This document shows, one piece after another, positions 36,667-46,759 of a DNA stretch of 64,000 nt (position 1 is the stretch's first letter; every line of letters starts with the position of its first letter). This stretch comes from a virus (lineage: Duplodnaviria; Caudoviricetes), in IMG/VR virus record IMGVR_UViG_3300044675_002599, positions 359-64,358 of that record; one strand, 5' to 3'. The translations under genes and the position numbers were made by a program. Under the pieces are notes generated by a model. That model was not told the DNA's origin. It saw nothing but the letters and a program-made list of their open reading frames with translations, and did no database searches.

Positions 36667-39600
36667 TAACTTCTCCTAACTGCGCTTTCAGTCGATTGCA
36701 AAGATGCAGCATGAATTTCTAATCGTGACTGGACAGACCCTGTTAATTCTAGTTGTAACCAAGATCCACGTAAGTCAACAGGTAATTGTCTAAGCGCAAT
36801 AGCCTTATCTTCATTTACTGCAGTTGTATAGCTTTTACTATATCCAGTTGCATTTCTATTTGACGTTACTTTCCACGTAATAGTAGTTGATACTGGACTG
36901 AAATAATGTATGTTGCATTGATGTGGTCTATTGATTCCATAGTAAGCTACTCCCTCAGCATATGTCTGACCATATTGTCGAGTCAGTAATTTCCATGCAA
37001 TGTTACTATTTGCGCCGCTGTATGTAGGTCGGTCAGCAAATCCTTCTAATCTAAATACCTGTCCATTACTCCCACCGATATACATATCTGCAACATCATT
37101 AGTTGACGTACAACTTACCGCAGACGTAGCAAATGTTTGCACTGAGGAGAAGATAGGTAAATTCCATTTAACCCATCCTGTAGTCCGTGAATCCCAAACA
37201 TAGCACACTGAATTTGATGTTGCGGTAGTTGCACCAGCAACAGGAGAGAATGCATACAGTCTGCGTTCATGTGTCAGTAATATGATTCCGGAGTATGCAG
37301 CCGCGCTGATATATGAAGCAGATCCAGTAGGGCCATAATCAGATGATCTTGGATTAAGAACACCTTCAAGTGGAAGGCTGACAGGCTCAATGGTTGTACC
37401 TGCCATCGTACTAATTCCAGAACTTGTTACATACAGAGGTTTACCTATTACAGATGCAATGCCTTTTGGTGCAAGTAAACCAGCACCCGGTTCTCTCACA
37501 AACTGCTGTGCTTGAAAAGATGTTGGATCAAAACCCATAATTGGCACAATGCTGTTTTCTCTAAATGCAATAAGAACAGCTGACGTGTCTCCACCAGCAG
37601 CAACAACTCCATCTCCAGCATATGACAACAGGTTGACTATTTTCTCTTTGTCATCCTGTGAGCCAATAGTCATTAACGCGCCTTTAATGGCTAAAAACGG
37701 ATCTTGTACATTTGGAATATTAGTAGTGTATACACCGTATTCGTTATCTTTATTTAATGGCCAAGAAGCGTAAAGCGCATTGTCTTTACTAACAAACAAG
37801 CGTTGCTTGTGAGATGCGATTGAGCTTAATCCAGTTGGAAGTTGATCATTGCCTGAATGATAGAAATCTCCTTGCCTACCAATGTTTGTGCTGTATAGAA
37901 TATCTGTATCTTTTACATCATCATAAATAGTGTATGTGCCTACGTTGCCAGCCCATGTGACATCAAATGTAAGCCCATCCGCAGCAACAAGCGCTGGAGA
38001 CGCTGCGGCATAATCAAATACCTGCGCAGCTTGTCCAGTATAACTTCCTGCAGTTCCTAGATTAATTGGAATCATTCCTATTAACCGAGGCATGCCATCA
38101 GTAAAAATAGTGTCACACCGTCTATAAATTAAAAGATAATCATAGTTGTAATCTGTTGTACTATTCCGCAATCCCGTTTCAGTAAACGTAATACGACCAC
38201 GGCTATACGCTACAGATGATTCAATTTGCTGGCTAAAATCTGATGACGTTGTTTCAATGCCTTCACCCGGAGGAGCTGATATCGCATAAGCTGATGTTGC
38301 TCTCCATGCTGCAGGAGCTGCTTTCCATCGAGTAAATATGTACTTGTATTGATTATCAGGAAGTAACCCTCCTTGCCTAACAACATCGCCAAGTCCAATC
38401 AATACAGAACTATTTGATACGTCCTCAATATCCTCATCAAAACGTAAATATAACGCAGTCACAGCATCTCTGACTGTGGCAGGAATAGGAAATAATTGAA
38501 ACTCTAGGAACCGACTCTGCGCATTATATATGGCTTGCCCTGTCCAGTTAATTGCTCCAGATGACTCCTGTACGCCTAAACTAATCGGTAATCCGTTCGT
38601 TCGTATATTAGGATGCAATTCTGCGCGTATGCCAAGTGCCCTGTCAGATGACATATCAAATGCCGCACCCAATGATAATTTAATAAGCCTATTTTGTACA
38701 TATCCGCCATACATACCGGTGATGTTACTGTTAACTTGAACTGCACTTACTGTAGCAAGTCCTAAATCTGTTGTAACAGCATTATCGTTTGCGCTTGATA
38801 AAAGGCTATACATGTAAACGCCATCAATCAATATTCCGGGATCATCAAATCTTTCCCAACCACCGTTAGATAACGAAACCTGTAATGAAACTAATGTAGA
38901 TTCAAACTCCCTAAAATCAACGACATACTCAAATAAAATCCAGTCAGCTGTAGTTTGTTTTGGTGCTGCATCTGCAACTGCGCTAAAAACTGCTCCATTA
39001 ATAAGGTTCCCTAATCCCGGAACAGATCCGCTATATCCTTTAACTATGACATTAATATATTGCCCATTAAAAGGTTTAGCGTCATCGTAATTCATTAAGT
39101 AAAAAGAAAGTTTAAATAGTCCATTTACTTTAGCTGTACTACCATTTTGTGTGTATGTTGGAAGACCTGTAATATCTTGAACAATATAGTCCTGTGGTTG
39201 GTCAATATGAACTAAACGTCCACTGGTTCTACCATCAGCCCCTTTAGATACAGTGCCTTTTTTGCCTGTCCAAGGAATAGGTTTTAAGAGAACGTCATTA
39301 CCGCTGCCGGTTCCAATAGACGGCTGACCAGCGGTAACATTCCAGTTTGCACATGTTGATGTTCCAAATGTAGCAAATATTGGATTAAGTACTCTATTGT
39401 CAGATGGAGTAGAAGACGCAAACGTAGCGTTAGCAGCAGAGTCAGCATATGTCCCAGACGTGTATTGTTTTAGATTTTTTGTAATACCAACAGCATTTGG
39501 TTTTGTTGATGTTGGGCCAGCAACAACTGGCATAGATGCGCCTATTGTTCCATTGGTTCTAAACAAACTAAATGTAGAACCAGATCCACCCACACCATAT

Positions 39601-39995
39601 ATGTAACGACCATATTGAGTCATCCGTACATCTTTCCCCAGTGAGGGGAAAACAAATGACGCGCCAGTAGTTTGATCTGTAATTTCTGTTTCTACTGCAG
39701 GTGTTGCCGATGGATCGGTTGTAAATAACTTGCCATTTTTAGCATAAACTAATTTACTTACTCCACTTGTGCCTTTCAATGACGTCAATTCATATACTGG
39801 ATTAGCGTTGAACGTGTTGCAAATGCCTTTAAATCCATTGCGAACAACAAGTGAATTGCCATCAACCATCATGTTTTCTATGTTTTGCGCGTAACCATCT
39901 TTCAACTTATTTGGCTGTGTTCTGGTGTCCATGCCTATAAAGTTAATGTCACCAAGTACGTATGACTGCTGATTGTTTACTGCTCGTATAGCCAT
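36666..39995 (-). CDS. Tail nozzle / packaged-DNA stabilisation protein (P22 gp10 / T7 gp12-like) with inserted domains
   Basis: FIGMDTR...AQNIENMMVD...R.GF N-terminus, beta-propeller-like composition, RGSWLQLELTG C-terminus. Confidence 0.65.
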   Translation of the reverse strand: MAIRAVNNQQSYVLGDINFIGMDTRTQPNKLKDGYAQNIENMMVDGNSLVVRNGFKGICNTFNANPVYELTSLKGTSGVSKLVYAKNGKLFTTDPSATPAVETEITDQTTGASFVFPSLGKDVRMTQYGRYIYGVGGSGSTFSLFRTNGTIGASMPVVAGPTSTKPNAVGITKNLKQYTSGTYADSAANATFASSTPSDNRVLNPIFATFGTSTCANWNVTAGQPSIGTGSGNDVLLKPIPWTGKKGTVSKGADGRTSGRLVHIDQPQDYIVQDITGLPTYTQNGSTAKVNGLFKLSFYLMNYDDAKPFNGQYINVIVKGYSGSVPGLGNLINGAVFSAVADAAPKQTTADWILFEYVVDFREFESTLVSLQVSLSNGGWERFDDPGILIDGVYMYSLLSSANDNAVTTDLGLATVSAVQVNSNITGMYGGYVQNRLIKLSLGAAFDMSSDRALGIRAELHPNIRTNGLPISLGVQESSGAINWTGQAIYNAQSRFLEFQLFPIPATVRDAVTALYLRFDEDIEDVSNSSVLIGLGDVVRQGGLLPDNQYKYIFTRWKAAPAAWRATSAYAISAPPGEGIETTSSDFSQQIESSVAYSRGRITFTETGLRNSTTDYNYDYLLIYRRCDTIFTDGMPRLIGMIPINLGTAGSYTGQAAQVFDYAAASPALVAADGLTFDVTWAGNVGTYTIYDDVKDTDILYSTNIGRQGDFYHSGNDQLPTGLSSIASHKQRLFVSKDNALYASWPLNKDNEYGVYTTNIPNVQDPFLAIKGALMTIGSQDDKEKIVNLLSYAGDGVVAAGGDTSAVLIAFRENSIVPIMGFDPTSFQAQQFVREPGAGLLAPKGIASVIGKPLYVTSSGISTMAGTTIEPVSLPLEGVLNPRSSDYGPTGSASYISAAAYSGIILLTHERRLYAFSPVAGATTATSNSVCYVWDSRTTGWVKWNLPIFSSVQTFATSAVSCTSTNDVADMYIGGSNGQVFRLEGFADRPTYSGANSNIAWKLLTRQYGQTYAEGVAYYGINRPHQCNIHYFSPVSTTITWKVTSNRNATGYSKSYTTAVNEDKAIALRQLPVDLRGSWLQLELTGSVQSRLEIHAASLQSTESAVRRS

Positions 39996-40777
39996 TACAA
40001 ACACCCCTTACGAGTAAACTGTTTACTCAGTGTCCCGTCCCTAGTCATCGTACAAGTAGTAGAATCATCACGATAATATCCACGACTACCTATTAATTTA
40101 CTAATTGCATACATTCTAAATATTGGCAAAGTATATGGTAAATCAGCTGGTTGTCCGTTTGATGTTATGCAATTTATACTATTGCCACGATGATATTCAC
40201 TACTCGATATTACTTCTGCAAGATCATACAATCTAAATACTGGCAAAGTAAACGGTAAATCCGCCTGACTATCTGAACACTGAACTTGATTAGTCAGCCA
40301 ACTAGAAGATAATGTTGGCGGAATACGCCAAGGCGGGCATTCACATAAATCAGCATATATAGCATTTGATGTAAAAGATGCACTTGCAGTTATGCTGACT
40401 GAAGATGGAGGTATAGGTCCACCAGTCACGATACCTGAAGCTGCTGATGTTGCAAATGCACTTAATGTTGAAGAAGATATGTATGTTAGAACAGAACTTA
40501 CACTTGCTTTTGCAAGAATAGATCCACTCACATTGTAATTGATAACAGATGATGTTGTTGCAAATGCAGACTGCGTACTAGTTGCTGTTCTTGTAACGTT
40601 AGTCGTTACTGTTGCTTTTGCTGTTTGCGCACTGCTAACTGATATTGTAGGCGTTGAAGATAGAGTAGCAAAAGCACTAAGGCTTGCTGATTTGTCACCA
40701 CCGGGAGGAGGTGGTGCTGCAAGTCTTGCGGCTATAAATATCGCTGTTATATAACCAGCGCCAAGTGGTAGTGCCAT
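39995..40777 (-). CDS. S/T/A-rich virion protein with internal repeats
   Basis: SAFAT three times and two ADLP(F/Y)TLP(V/I)FR repeats. Confidence 0.55.
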   Translation of the reverse strand: MALPLGAGYITAIFIAARLAAPPPPGGDKSASLSAFATLSSTPTISVSSAQTAKATVTTNVTRTATSTQSAFATTSSVINYNVSGSILAKASVSSVLTYISSSTLSAFATSAASGIVTGGPIPPSSVSITASASFTSNAIYADLCECPPWRIPPTLSSSWLTNQVQCSDSQADLPFTLPVFRLYDLAEVISSSEYHRGNSINCITSNGQPADLPYTLPIFRMYAISKLIGSRGYYRDDSTTCTMTRDGTLSKQFTRKGCL

Positions 40778-41259
40778 TAGTCTAGGGTAATACTAATGCC
40801 TGTATTATTTGGAAACGTGATTGTTTGACCAGCTCCAAGAGTCACTGACCCACCTGTAATATCACCGTAAAATAAAATAGATGCATCTGTGCTGGCTGTG
40901 GCGCTAATTGCTTGAGCATTGCAAACAGCGATACCTGCAATAGTAATTGCTCCGGTGGCAGTAAAAGAAACAACTGGGATATTAGTCAATGGTCCGGGAG
41001 TTGCTGTGCTTGCTGCAGTATTTGCTCCGCCAACTCCAAAAACCTGTGCTGGAGTTGCACCAATAGCAATTCTATTTGTTGTGTAACCACCAGTGCCTGA
41101 TGCGATTTCAGCCAAAGCAGCATCGGATGTTACGTTTGACATTAATGCTAAGTACAATTGACCTGCAGCTCCACCACTTGCTGCAAATGTTGTTCCGCGC
41201 AATAAATGATTAATGAGATTTGCTTCAGTTGCATTTGTAAACGCTGTTGTTGTTGCCAT
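40777..41259 (-). CDS. Small tail-fibre-associated structural protein
   Basis: FTNATEANLINHLLRG...LYLAL...ILFYG...GQTITF...ITLD family pattern. Confidence 0.6.
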   Translation of the reverse strand: MATTTAFTNATEANLINHLLRGTTFAASGGAAGQLYLALMSNVTSDAALAEIASGTGGYTTNRIAIGATPAQVFGVGGANTAASTATPGPLTNIPVVSFTATGAITIAGIAVCNAQAISATASTDASILFYGDITGGSVTLGAGQTITFPNNTGISITLD

Positions 41260-41261
41260 GA

Positions 41262-42155
41262 CTATGTTCCTACCTTCACAATTGGATCTGCAGTAATGCT
41301 AGTTGTAATTGGCTGTGACCAAATTATTGTAGTATCAGCTTCATTGTACACATTAACTTGTGTGCCACCTGACGCATCTACCTTGTTGCGTAAAATGCGC
41401 AACGCATTACGAACTGTCCGCCCACTGGATGTAGTAGATACTTCATTTCCAGAACTATCAAGATTACGTTTAAGTATAGCATCGGCTATTTCTTCAACCG
41501 CGTCAGTAGCTAGCGCATTTGCATTAATAGCACCTGCCGCAAAATCAGCAGCAATGATAACGCCCGGTTGCATTTCATGTATATCAGCTGCAATATGATT
41601 TGAACCTGTTATAAATGTTTCATTAGATGGCGATGTTGATTTTGCTCTAATCGTTCTTGCACCAAAGGTGTTTGCTGTTGTGTAAGAAGCAAGCAACGCA
41701 TTCCATACTTCACTGGCAATAACGCCATCAGTAATAGATGCCGCAGTAATAGCATTAGTTGCAATACTGGCTACAGCAACAGAACCCGTCAAGTCACGAG
41801 TTGCATATGACCACACATCCGCAGCCGTAATACCCGTTGAAGCAGTAGGGTCATACGCAACAACTTGCGCCATAAGAACAACAGGCCGAATACTAGTGTC
41901 GACTACGGTTACTGTTAGAATACCCAAATCACTTAGGAATGAAGATGCCATCTCGTAGTACCAGTGACCATTTTCAATATGCACAAGTGTTGCAGGTGTA
42001 AAAGGTTGAGTAGAAAAAGCAACTCCGTTTTTATACAGACGGACTGTTGGCCCTGTAAGAGTATTAACTGGAGTATATCCATCTGCGGGATTTGCAAGAA
42101 ACATATATATGCGTCGATAAGTAGCAGTTGTTTCATTCTGTTTAAACTGTTGCAT
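41262..42155 (-). CDS. Virion fibre/adaptor protein
   Basis: ADVWSYATRDLT-type repeats. C-terminal RTVRNALRILRNKV motif shared with 43497-45089. Confidence 0.55.
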   Translation of the reverse strand: MQQFKQNETTATYRRIYMFLANPADGYTPVNTLTGPTVRLYKNGVAFSTQPFTPATLVHIENGHWYYEMASSFLSDLGILTVTVVDTSIRPVVLMAQVVAYDPTASTGITAADVWSYATRDLTGSVAVASIATNAITAASITDGVIASEVWNALLASYTTANTFGARTIRAKSTSPSNETFITGSNHIAADIHEMQPGVIIAADFAAGAINANALATDAVEEIADAILKRNLDSSGNEVSTTSSGRTVRNALRILRNKVDASGGTQVNVYNEADTTIIWSQPITTSITADPIVKVGT

Positions 42156-43279
42156 TAGTTGATCCCCGCATTAATTGTATATCGTGGAGCAGTAGCCGCT
42201 CCACTACCAGCACTTACTGGATTGTTCTCTGCCACACCTACAGATGGAGGACTAGGACGTGCATACGAATAAATGTCATTAACAGGCGCACCAGTAGCAG
42301 TACCATCGCCATTCACAATCCCAGTTAGATACGGCTGTACAAACAAATGCCTAGATGAACCCGTTAAGAATCCAGCACCGAGATCGATACCAAATGTTCC
42401 TACTGTAATTGTGTTTGCACCTGTTACTGAAAATCCAACACGAGGGACACTGAAACACGTCAATCTATTGTAGTCCTCCGAAATTTGGTCAGTTACGTTT
42501 GCTGACATAGCCGTTGTAACTCCCATAATTAAGCAGTTTCGTACAGTTACAGAGCCGACCGCATATAGAGCAGTGTTGACAAGTATTCCAGTTGCGCCAC
42601 CAAATGTAGTACAGTTAGTAATAGTAATTCCGCTTAATATCCCAGTAGTTCCTGATGACAGCAAAAAGATACAAGATGACGTACTAGCCATAATAAAGCA
42701 GTTTGTAATCGTAATACCTACATTGATTGCACCACTAGAGGCAACAGGAGCTATCTGTAACACGTTAGCCCTGCCAATTAAAATGCAGTTCTTGACAACG
42801 CTGTTTGATGTAGTACCACTAGGAATATCAAATCGGCAAGCACCACTACTTCCAGTAGTAGTCATGTGACACTTATCGAAAGTTATGTTTGTACTCGAAC
42901 CTTGTACACGAACCGCATAACCCGTGGAACTTTCAACACGTATATTTTTAAAGGACAAGTACGTCTTGCCTGACATACTTAATGTGTCACTAGTAGAACC
43001 AGCGGTGTCATCGTTAGTTAGAAATGCAGTAAGTCGAACTTCACCAGCAGTACCAAAAATAACACCATCTGTATCACCAATAATATTAGTAGTTGCTGGT
43101 GATGTAGTAAAGCCAACTGTGACAATCTCACGATAGACACCAGCAGCTATATAGATAGTGTCACCAGAGGCTACACCAGACGTTGCACCAAGAGCATAAT
43201 TAATCGTTTGCCAAGCTGCACCTTGAGATGTACCAGCAGATGCATTACTACCAGTTGTTTTAACGTAGTACGTTGCCAT
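42155..43279 (-). CDS. Right-handed beta-helix protein (tailspike/depolymerase-like), copy B
   Basis: TYYVKTTGS...AWQTI...GDTIYIAAGVYRE cap and ITNC/VRNC repeats. Confidence 0.7.
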   Translation of the reverse strand: MATYYVKTTGSNASAGTSQGAAWQTINYALGATSGVASGDTIYIAAGVYREIVTVGFTTSPATTNIIGDTDGVIFGTAGEVRLTAFLTNDDTAGSTSDTLSMSGKTYLSFKNIRVESSTGYAVRVQGSSTNITFDKCHMTTTGSSGACRFDIPSGTTSNSVVKNCILIGRANVLQIAPVASSGAINVGITITNCFIMASTSSCIFLLSSGTTGILSGITITNCTTFGGATGILVNTALYAVGSVTVRNCLIMGVTTAMSANVTDQISEDYNRLTCFSVPRVGFSVTGANTITVGTFGIDLGAGFLTGSSRHLFVQPYLTGIVNGDGTATGAPVNDIYSYARPSPPSVGVAENNPVSAGSGAATAPRYTINAGIN

Positions 43280-43500
43280 TAATCAGTACCAGCAATCTGA
43301 ACAGCCATCACCGACATAAAGATGCCTACATACTCAAGTTGAAACTCTTCACTCTGGTTATTCCACCAGTCATTGACAGATGTTCCATCTATACCAAAAG
43401 TACTAATCACATTGCCAGCATCGTCCGTAATGTCGGCTTTGATATTCCAGTCAGGAATCGGTTGAGTGACTCTAGTTATAACCACGTTATTTAGATTCAT
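43279..43500 (-). CDS. Small acidic partner protein, copy B
   Basis: Paralog of 45089-45316 (TFGxDGTSVNxWW). Confidence 0.7.
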   Translation of the reverse strand: MNLNNVVITRVTQPIPDWNIKADITDDAGNVISTFGIDGTSVNDWWNNQSEEFQLEYVGIFMSVMAVQIAGTD

Positions 43501-45089
43501 GAAGGGTCTACCGTAACGTCAGAAGTATTAGACAACGATCCAGTCCATGCCGTGTCTGCATCGTTCTCCTTGTATACGGTCATTGTGCCACTTGCTACAG
43601 CTACTTTATTACGCAAGGATCGCAATGCAGAACGGACAGTACGCTCGTTCAACGTACCAGCGTTAGCACCGTTGCCGAGGTCTGCGCTTAGGATGTCGCT
43701 GGCGACAGATAGCAGCTTGATAGTCATCACCGCTCCGTTAGTACCTGCAGCACCCTTTACAACAACTGTAACATCATCAGCACCTAGGGCTACCGCAGCA
43801 TCAGGAAGATCTAAACGGTAAACACCCGGCATCGTAGAAGCGTCAACTTCTTTAAATCCGCCAGACACCCAGATGTCAGTCATATACGTTAGATTGACAA
43901 GAGTTATTGGTACGCGGTTACTGCGTGTACGATTGAATGTAGCCGTCAACCCAGAGGTGGATGCTGTAAGACCTGTTACACCAAGGTACAACTCAATGCT
44001 TTGTCCTGTACTGCCGGGGACGATTGTGATTGCACCAGAGTTGCGCTCTGTAGGATTATATTGACCTGCAATAACGGTAGGGCGATAAGTTATTGCGCCA
44101 ACATCAGGAGTTACGCCATACCAAGTTGTGCCATAGATATCAGTTGGGAGTGAAGCAATTGTGTTGCCCGTACCAATATTTTGACTGTCTTGTAAACTTC
44201 CCAAAAACATACCAGACGTAATATTATTTATGGAAGCGTAGCCTAAATCAATTCCAACTGTTCCAGTTGTAACATTGCCACCACCATCTGTCAATGTCCA
44301 AGCATTAGTTATATTTGTTGTGTTTCCTATATATCGGTTGTTTGCATGAGTAGAAACACCCCCATTAAACAATCCAGTAGACATATGTATAAATAATGAG
44401 TTGTATAAACTTACACCAGAACCAGTATTTGGAACGTACACTCCAGTTCCACCGGCAATAAATGTGCAATTACTAACAATGTGTCCATTTCCGCCTAGAT
44501 ATATACCTTCTGCACGCGTAGCAATATATATATTATTTTTATGTGTGGAGGGGGGAGAGTAAACAGCAGAACGAAAACCAAAAAATACACATCTCGTAGT
44601 AACTGAATTACTATTGTTAATATTTATGTCGTTCACATTGTTTGCTGTTGATTTATTACTATTAATAAACGCACAGTTTGTAAACTTTATATCGGAACCA
44701 GTTATATTAATAACTGGAGTTACTGAATCTCCTGCAGCATCAAAGTATATGTTTTTAAAATGTATAAAATTTTTCGTGCCAGTAATTAAAAAGACAATAT
44801 TTCTGGCTTGATTGTAGGGTTGTGCAAATTGACTTAGTTTTACATACCCTGACGGAATTCCACTAAACTGAGCCGCTGTCGGATCTCCTACTATTTGCAC
44901 CTCAGAAGTAACAGTACCTCCAAGAGTAACAGCTTCGTTGTAGTGACCCGGTGCAATATAAACTATGTCTCCACTTGTAGCACCAGTTGCGCCAAGTACT
45001 TTTTGAAATGTCTTCCACGCTAAATTCGTTGCTGAACCTAAGCCAGTGTTAGCATCATTTCCGTCAGATCTTACATAATAAGTAGGCAT
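43497..45089 (-). CDS. Right-handed beta-helix protein with C-terminal extension, copy A
   Basis: TYYVRSDGND...AWKTF...GDIVYIAPGHYNE. C-terminal MPGVYRLDLPDAA and RTVRSALRSLRNKV. Confidence 0.7.
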   Translation of the reverse strand: MPTYYVRSDGNDANTGLGSATNLAWKTFQKVLGATGATSGDIVYIAPGHYNEAVTLGGTVTSEVQIVGDPTAAQFSGIPSGYVKLSQFAQPYNQARNIVFLITGTKNFIHFKNIYFDAAGDSVTPVINITGSDIKFTNCAFINSNKSTANNVNDININNSNSVTTRCVFFGFRSAVYSPPSTHKNNIYIATRAEGIYLGGNGHIVSNCTFIAGGTGVYVPNTGSGVSLYNSLFIHMSTGLFNGGVSTHANNRYIGNTTNITNAWTLTDGGGNVTTGTVGIDLGYASINNITSGMFLGSLQDSQNIGTGNTIASLPTDIYGTTWYGVTPDVGAITYRPTVIAGQYNPTERNSGAITIVPGSTGQSIELYLGVTGLTASTSGLTATFNRTRSNRVPITLVNLTYMTDIWVSGGFKEVDASTMPGVYRLDLPDAAVALGADDVTVVVKGAAGTNGAVMTIKLLSVASDILSADLGNGANAGTLNERTVRSALRSLRNKVAVASGTMTVYKENDADTAWTGSLSNTSDVTVDPS

Positions 45090-45316
45090 TATTCTGCTGT
45101 TCCTGCTGCAATTTGCTGAGCCATAACCAACGCAAATTGATAAACAGTACTTTGTTGAAACTGTTCATCTTGTTGAACCCACCAGACATTGACGGAAGTT
45201 CCATCTACACCAAAAGTGCCTAATAAAGTACCGTCGTCATCTTCAATGTCACCAAAAATCAGCCAGTCAGTAGACGGAGCTGGGACTTTTTCAATTTTAA
45301 AATTCTGGAGGTTCAC
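45089..45316 (-). CDS. Small acidic partner protein, copy A
   Basis: Paralog of 43279-43500. Confidence 0.7.
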   Translation of the reverse strand: MNLQNFKIEKVPAPSTDWLIFGDIEDDDGTLLGTFGVDGTSVNVWWVQQDEQFQQSTVYQFALVMAQQIAAGTAE

Positions 45317-45504
45317 TTCTTCACCTTCCTGTTTGCAATGGCAACCAACGTAAGATCACGTAGCATCTCAAGATCTGATGTACTCATAAAGTCTAGGTTG
45401 TCAGCAATCTGACGCAATACCAAAGCTTCACCAAAAGGCACTTTCACTTCAGGGACGTTAGCGATCTTCTTTACAAATTTGCTTAGCCAAGACATGTTAT
45501 TCAC
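45313..45504 (-). CDS. Small protein with amphipathic N-terminus, possible lysis accessory
   Basis: SWLSKFVKKI. Follows two membrane genes. Confidence 0.5.
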   Translation of the reverse strand: MNNMSWLSKFVKKIANVPEVKVPFGEALVLRQIADNLDFMSTSDLEMLRDLTLVAIANRKVKK

Positions 45505-45775
45505 CTAACTTCTTTACAATTTTTTCAGCCATTGCATTTACCAATTGAACTGATCGTAGTCCTAGTGTTCCAACAGCAAATGCGACACCTACTACCTGTT
45601 CAGGCGTTGTCCATTGGAATTGTTTAGCAATAAGTGGTGTGAGATAAACAGCAGATATCGTGCCGACAACTACACCGGCTAGACCATGCCAAAAGTTTTT
45701 CACTTTGGTTTTGTCCCACCAGTCAGTGCCAGCAACTGCACCAATGGCTCCTGCAATCAGCTGATCTCTATCCAT
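45497..45775 (-). CDS. Putative holin (2-3 TM segments)
   Basis: IAGAIGA...VVGTISAVYLTP...GVAFAVGTLGL. Confidence 0.55.
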   Translation of the reverse strand: MDRDQLIAGAIGAVAGTDWWDKTKVKNFWHGLAGVVVGTISAVYLTPLIAKQFQWTTPEQVVGVAFAVGTLGLRSVQLVNAMAEKIVKKLGE

Positions 45776-46064
45776 TGAAGTCCCTCGTCGTTTCACTGAT
45801 CTTGGTAACCTCCGGTAATCGTGTCGAAAACACAGGCAAGCTACTGTCTTGTCTCATAAAGAATGCAATCAACGCAGTAACCATTGCAGGTATACCAGCA
45901 CGTAGGCCTTCAATGCCAGATAAAAATAGAGCGCGAGTCACCGTACCAAATGTTGCATTATCGGCAATATGCTGTGCCTTCCAAGAGGCGTCAAATTCAG
46001 GAGCAGCACTTGCCATAAATGCAGCTAATATGATTAAGACTAATCTGCCGTAAGCTATTTTCAT
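45768..46064 (-). CDS. Membrane protein, possible holin
   Basis: Two hydrophobic segments. 98 aa. Confidence 0.5.
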   Translation of the reverse strand: MKIAYGRLVLIILAAFMASAAPEFDASWKAQHIADNATFGTVTRALFLSGIEGLRAGIPAMVTALIAFFMRQDSSLPVFSTRLPEVTKISETTRDFNG

Positions 46065-46759
46065 TTACTTGCCGATGCAACCGGAGGAATACTAAAGAGA
46101 CCATTGGGACCTTTTAGTGACATATCCATTCTAGTCCATAATTGCATTCGTACTTGATCGTACCAATCTTTCCAGAATGCTCGACCAACTAATGCTGGGT
46201 CATCATAGTTTTTCAATGCAATTTTCTGTGCAGCATAAGCAGGAAGTGCTTGCAGTAATAAATCATCGCTTACAAAAGAATAAGTACCGGATCCTTCAAG
46301 GATAGGAGTCTCTAATCCTGAACCAGCAATTGTAAATGATGTAGATGTAGTAGGTGCGGAATACAAACCTATAGCTGTAGTGCCAATTTTATACCAGTAA
46401 GATGGAGTTCCAGTTGCGGATAAATAGCCTGAATCATATGACCGCAGTTCATTTTCACCACAGTGAATCAAAGGTGCGGTGGCAGCTGATAATTTAATGT
46501 CGATTGGACTTACAAGCAACCCTTGTGCGTGTGAATATATTCTGCCAGTATGACCAGTAACATTAACGCTTACAGGAAAGTAAACACACGTCCTGCACAT
46601 ATCTGCTGCTGCTTCATTTAAATACAGCAGTATTGCATCATCTGTATCTGAAGTAGCAGCACCACCAACGCCAGTTGCAACTTCACCAACTACAGTGTCA
46701 TTTACTTCGTTCAAAAGCCTAAGCGTTTCTAGTCGCAGTGTAGTAAAGCCAACAGCCAT
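46061..46759 (-). CDS. Head-tail adaptor-like protein 2
   Basis: LYLNEAAADMCRT, GTPSYWY, IGLYSAP and ALPAYA pattern of podovirus adaptors. Confidence 0.6.
   Translation of the reverse strand: MAVGFTTLRLETLRLLNEVNDTVVGEVATGVGGAATSDTDDAILLYLNEAAADMCRTCVYFPVSVNVTGHTGRIYSHAQGLLVSPIDIKLSAATAPLIHCGENELRSYDSGYLSATGTPSYWYKIGTTAIGLYSAPTTSTSFTIAGSGLETPILEGSGTYSFVSDDLLLQALPAYAAQKIALKNYDDPALVGRAFWKDWYDQVRMQLWTRMDMSLKGPNGLFSIPPVASASK

Noticed and set aside
42140-42175. Programmed -1 frameshift fusing the 374-aa beta-helix to the 297-aa anchor protein
   Set aside because: Only an ordinary TAATG overlap. The -1 frame has a stop five codons upstream and there is no canonical slippery site in between.
42155-45089. 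Diversity-generating retroelement target in the spike genes
   Set aside because: No reverse transcriptase and no adenine-variant repeat pair of about 100 bp seen in the window.
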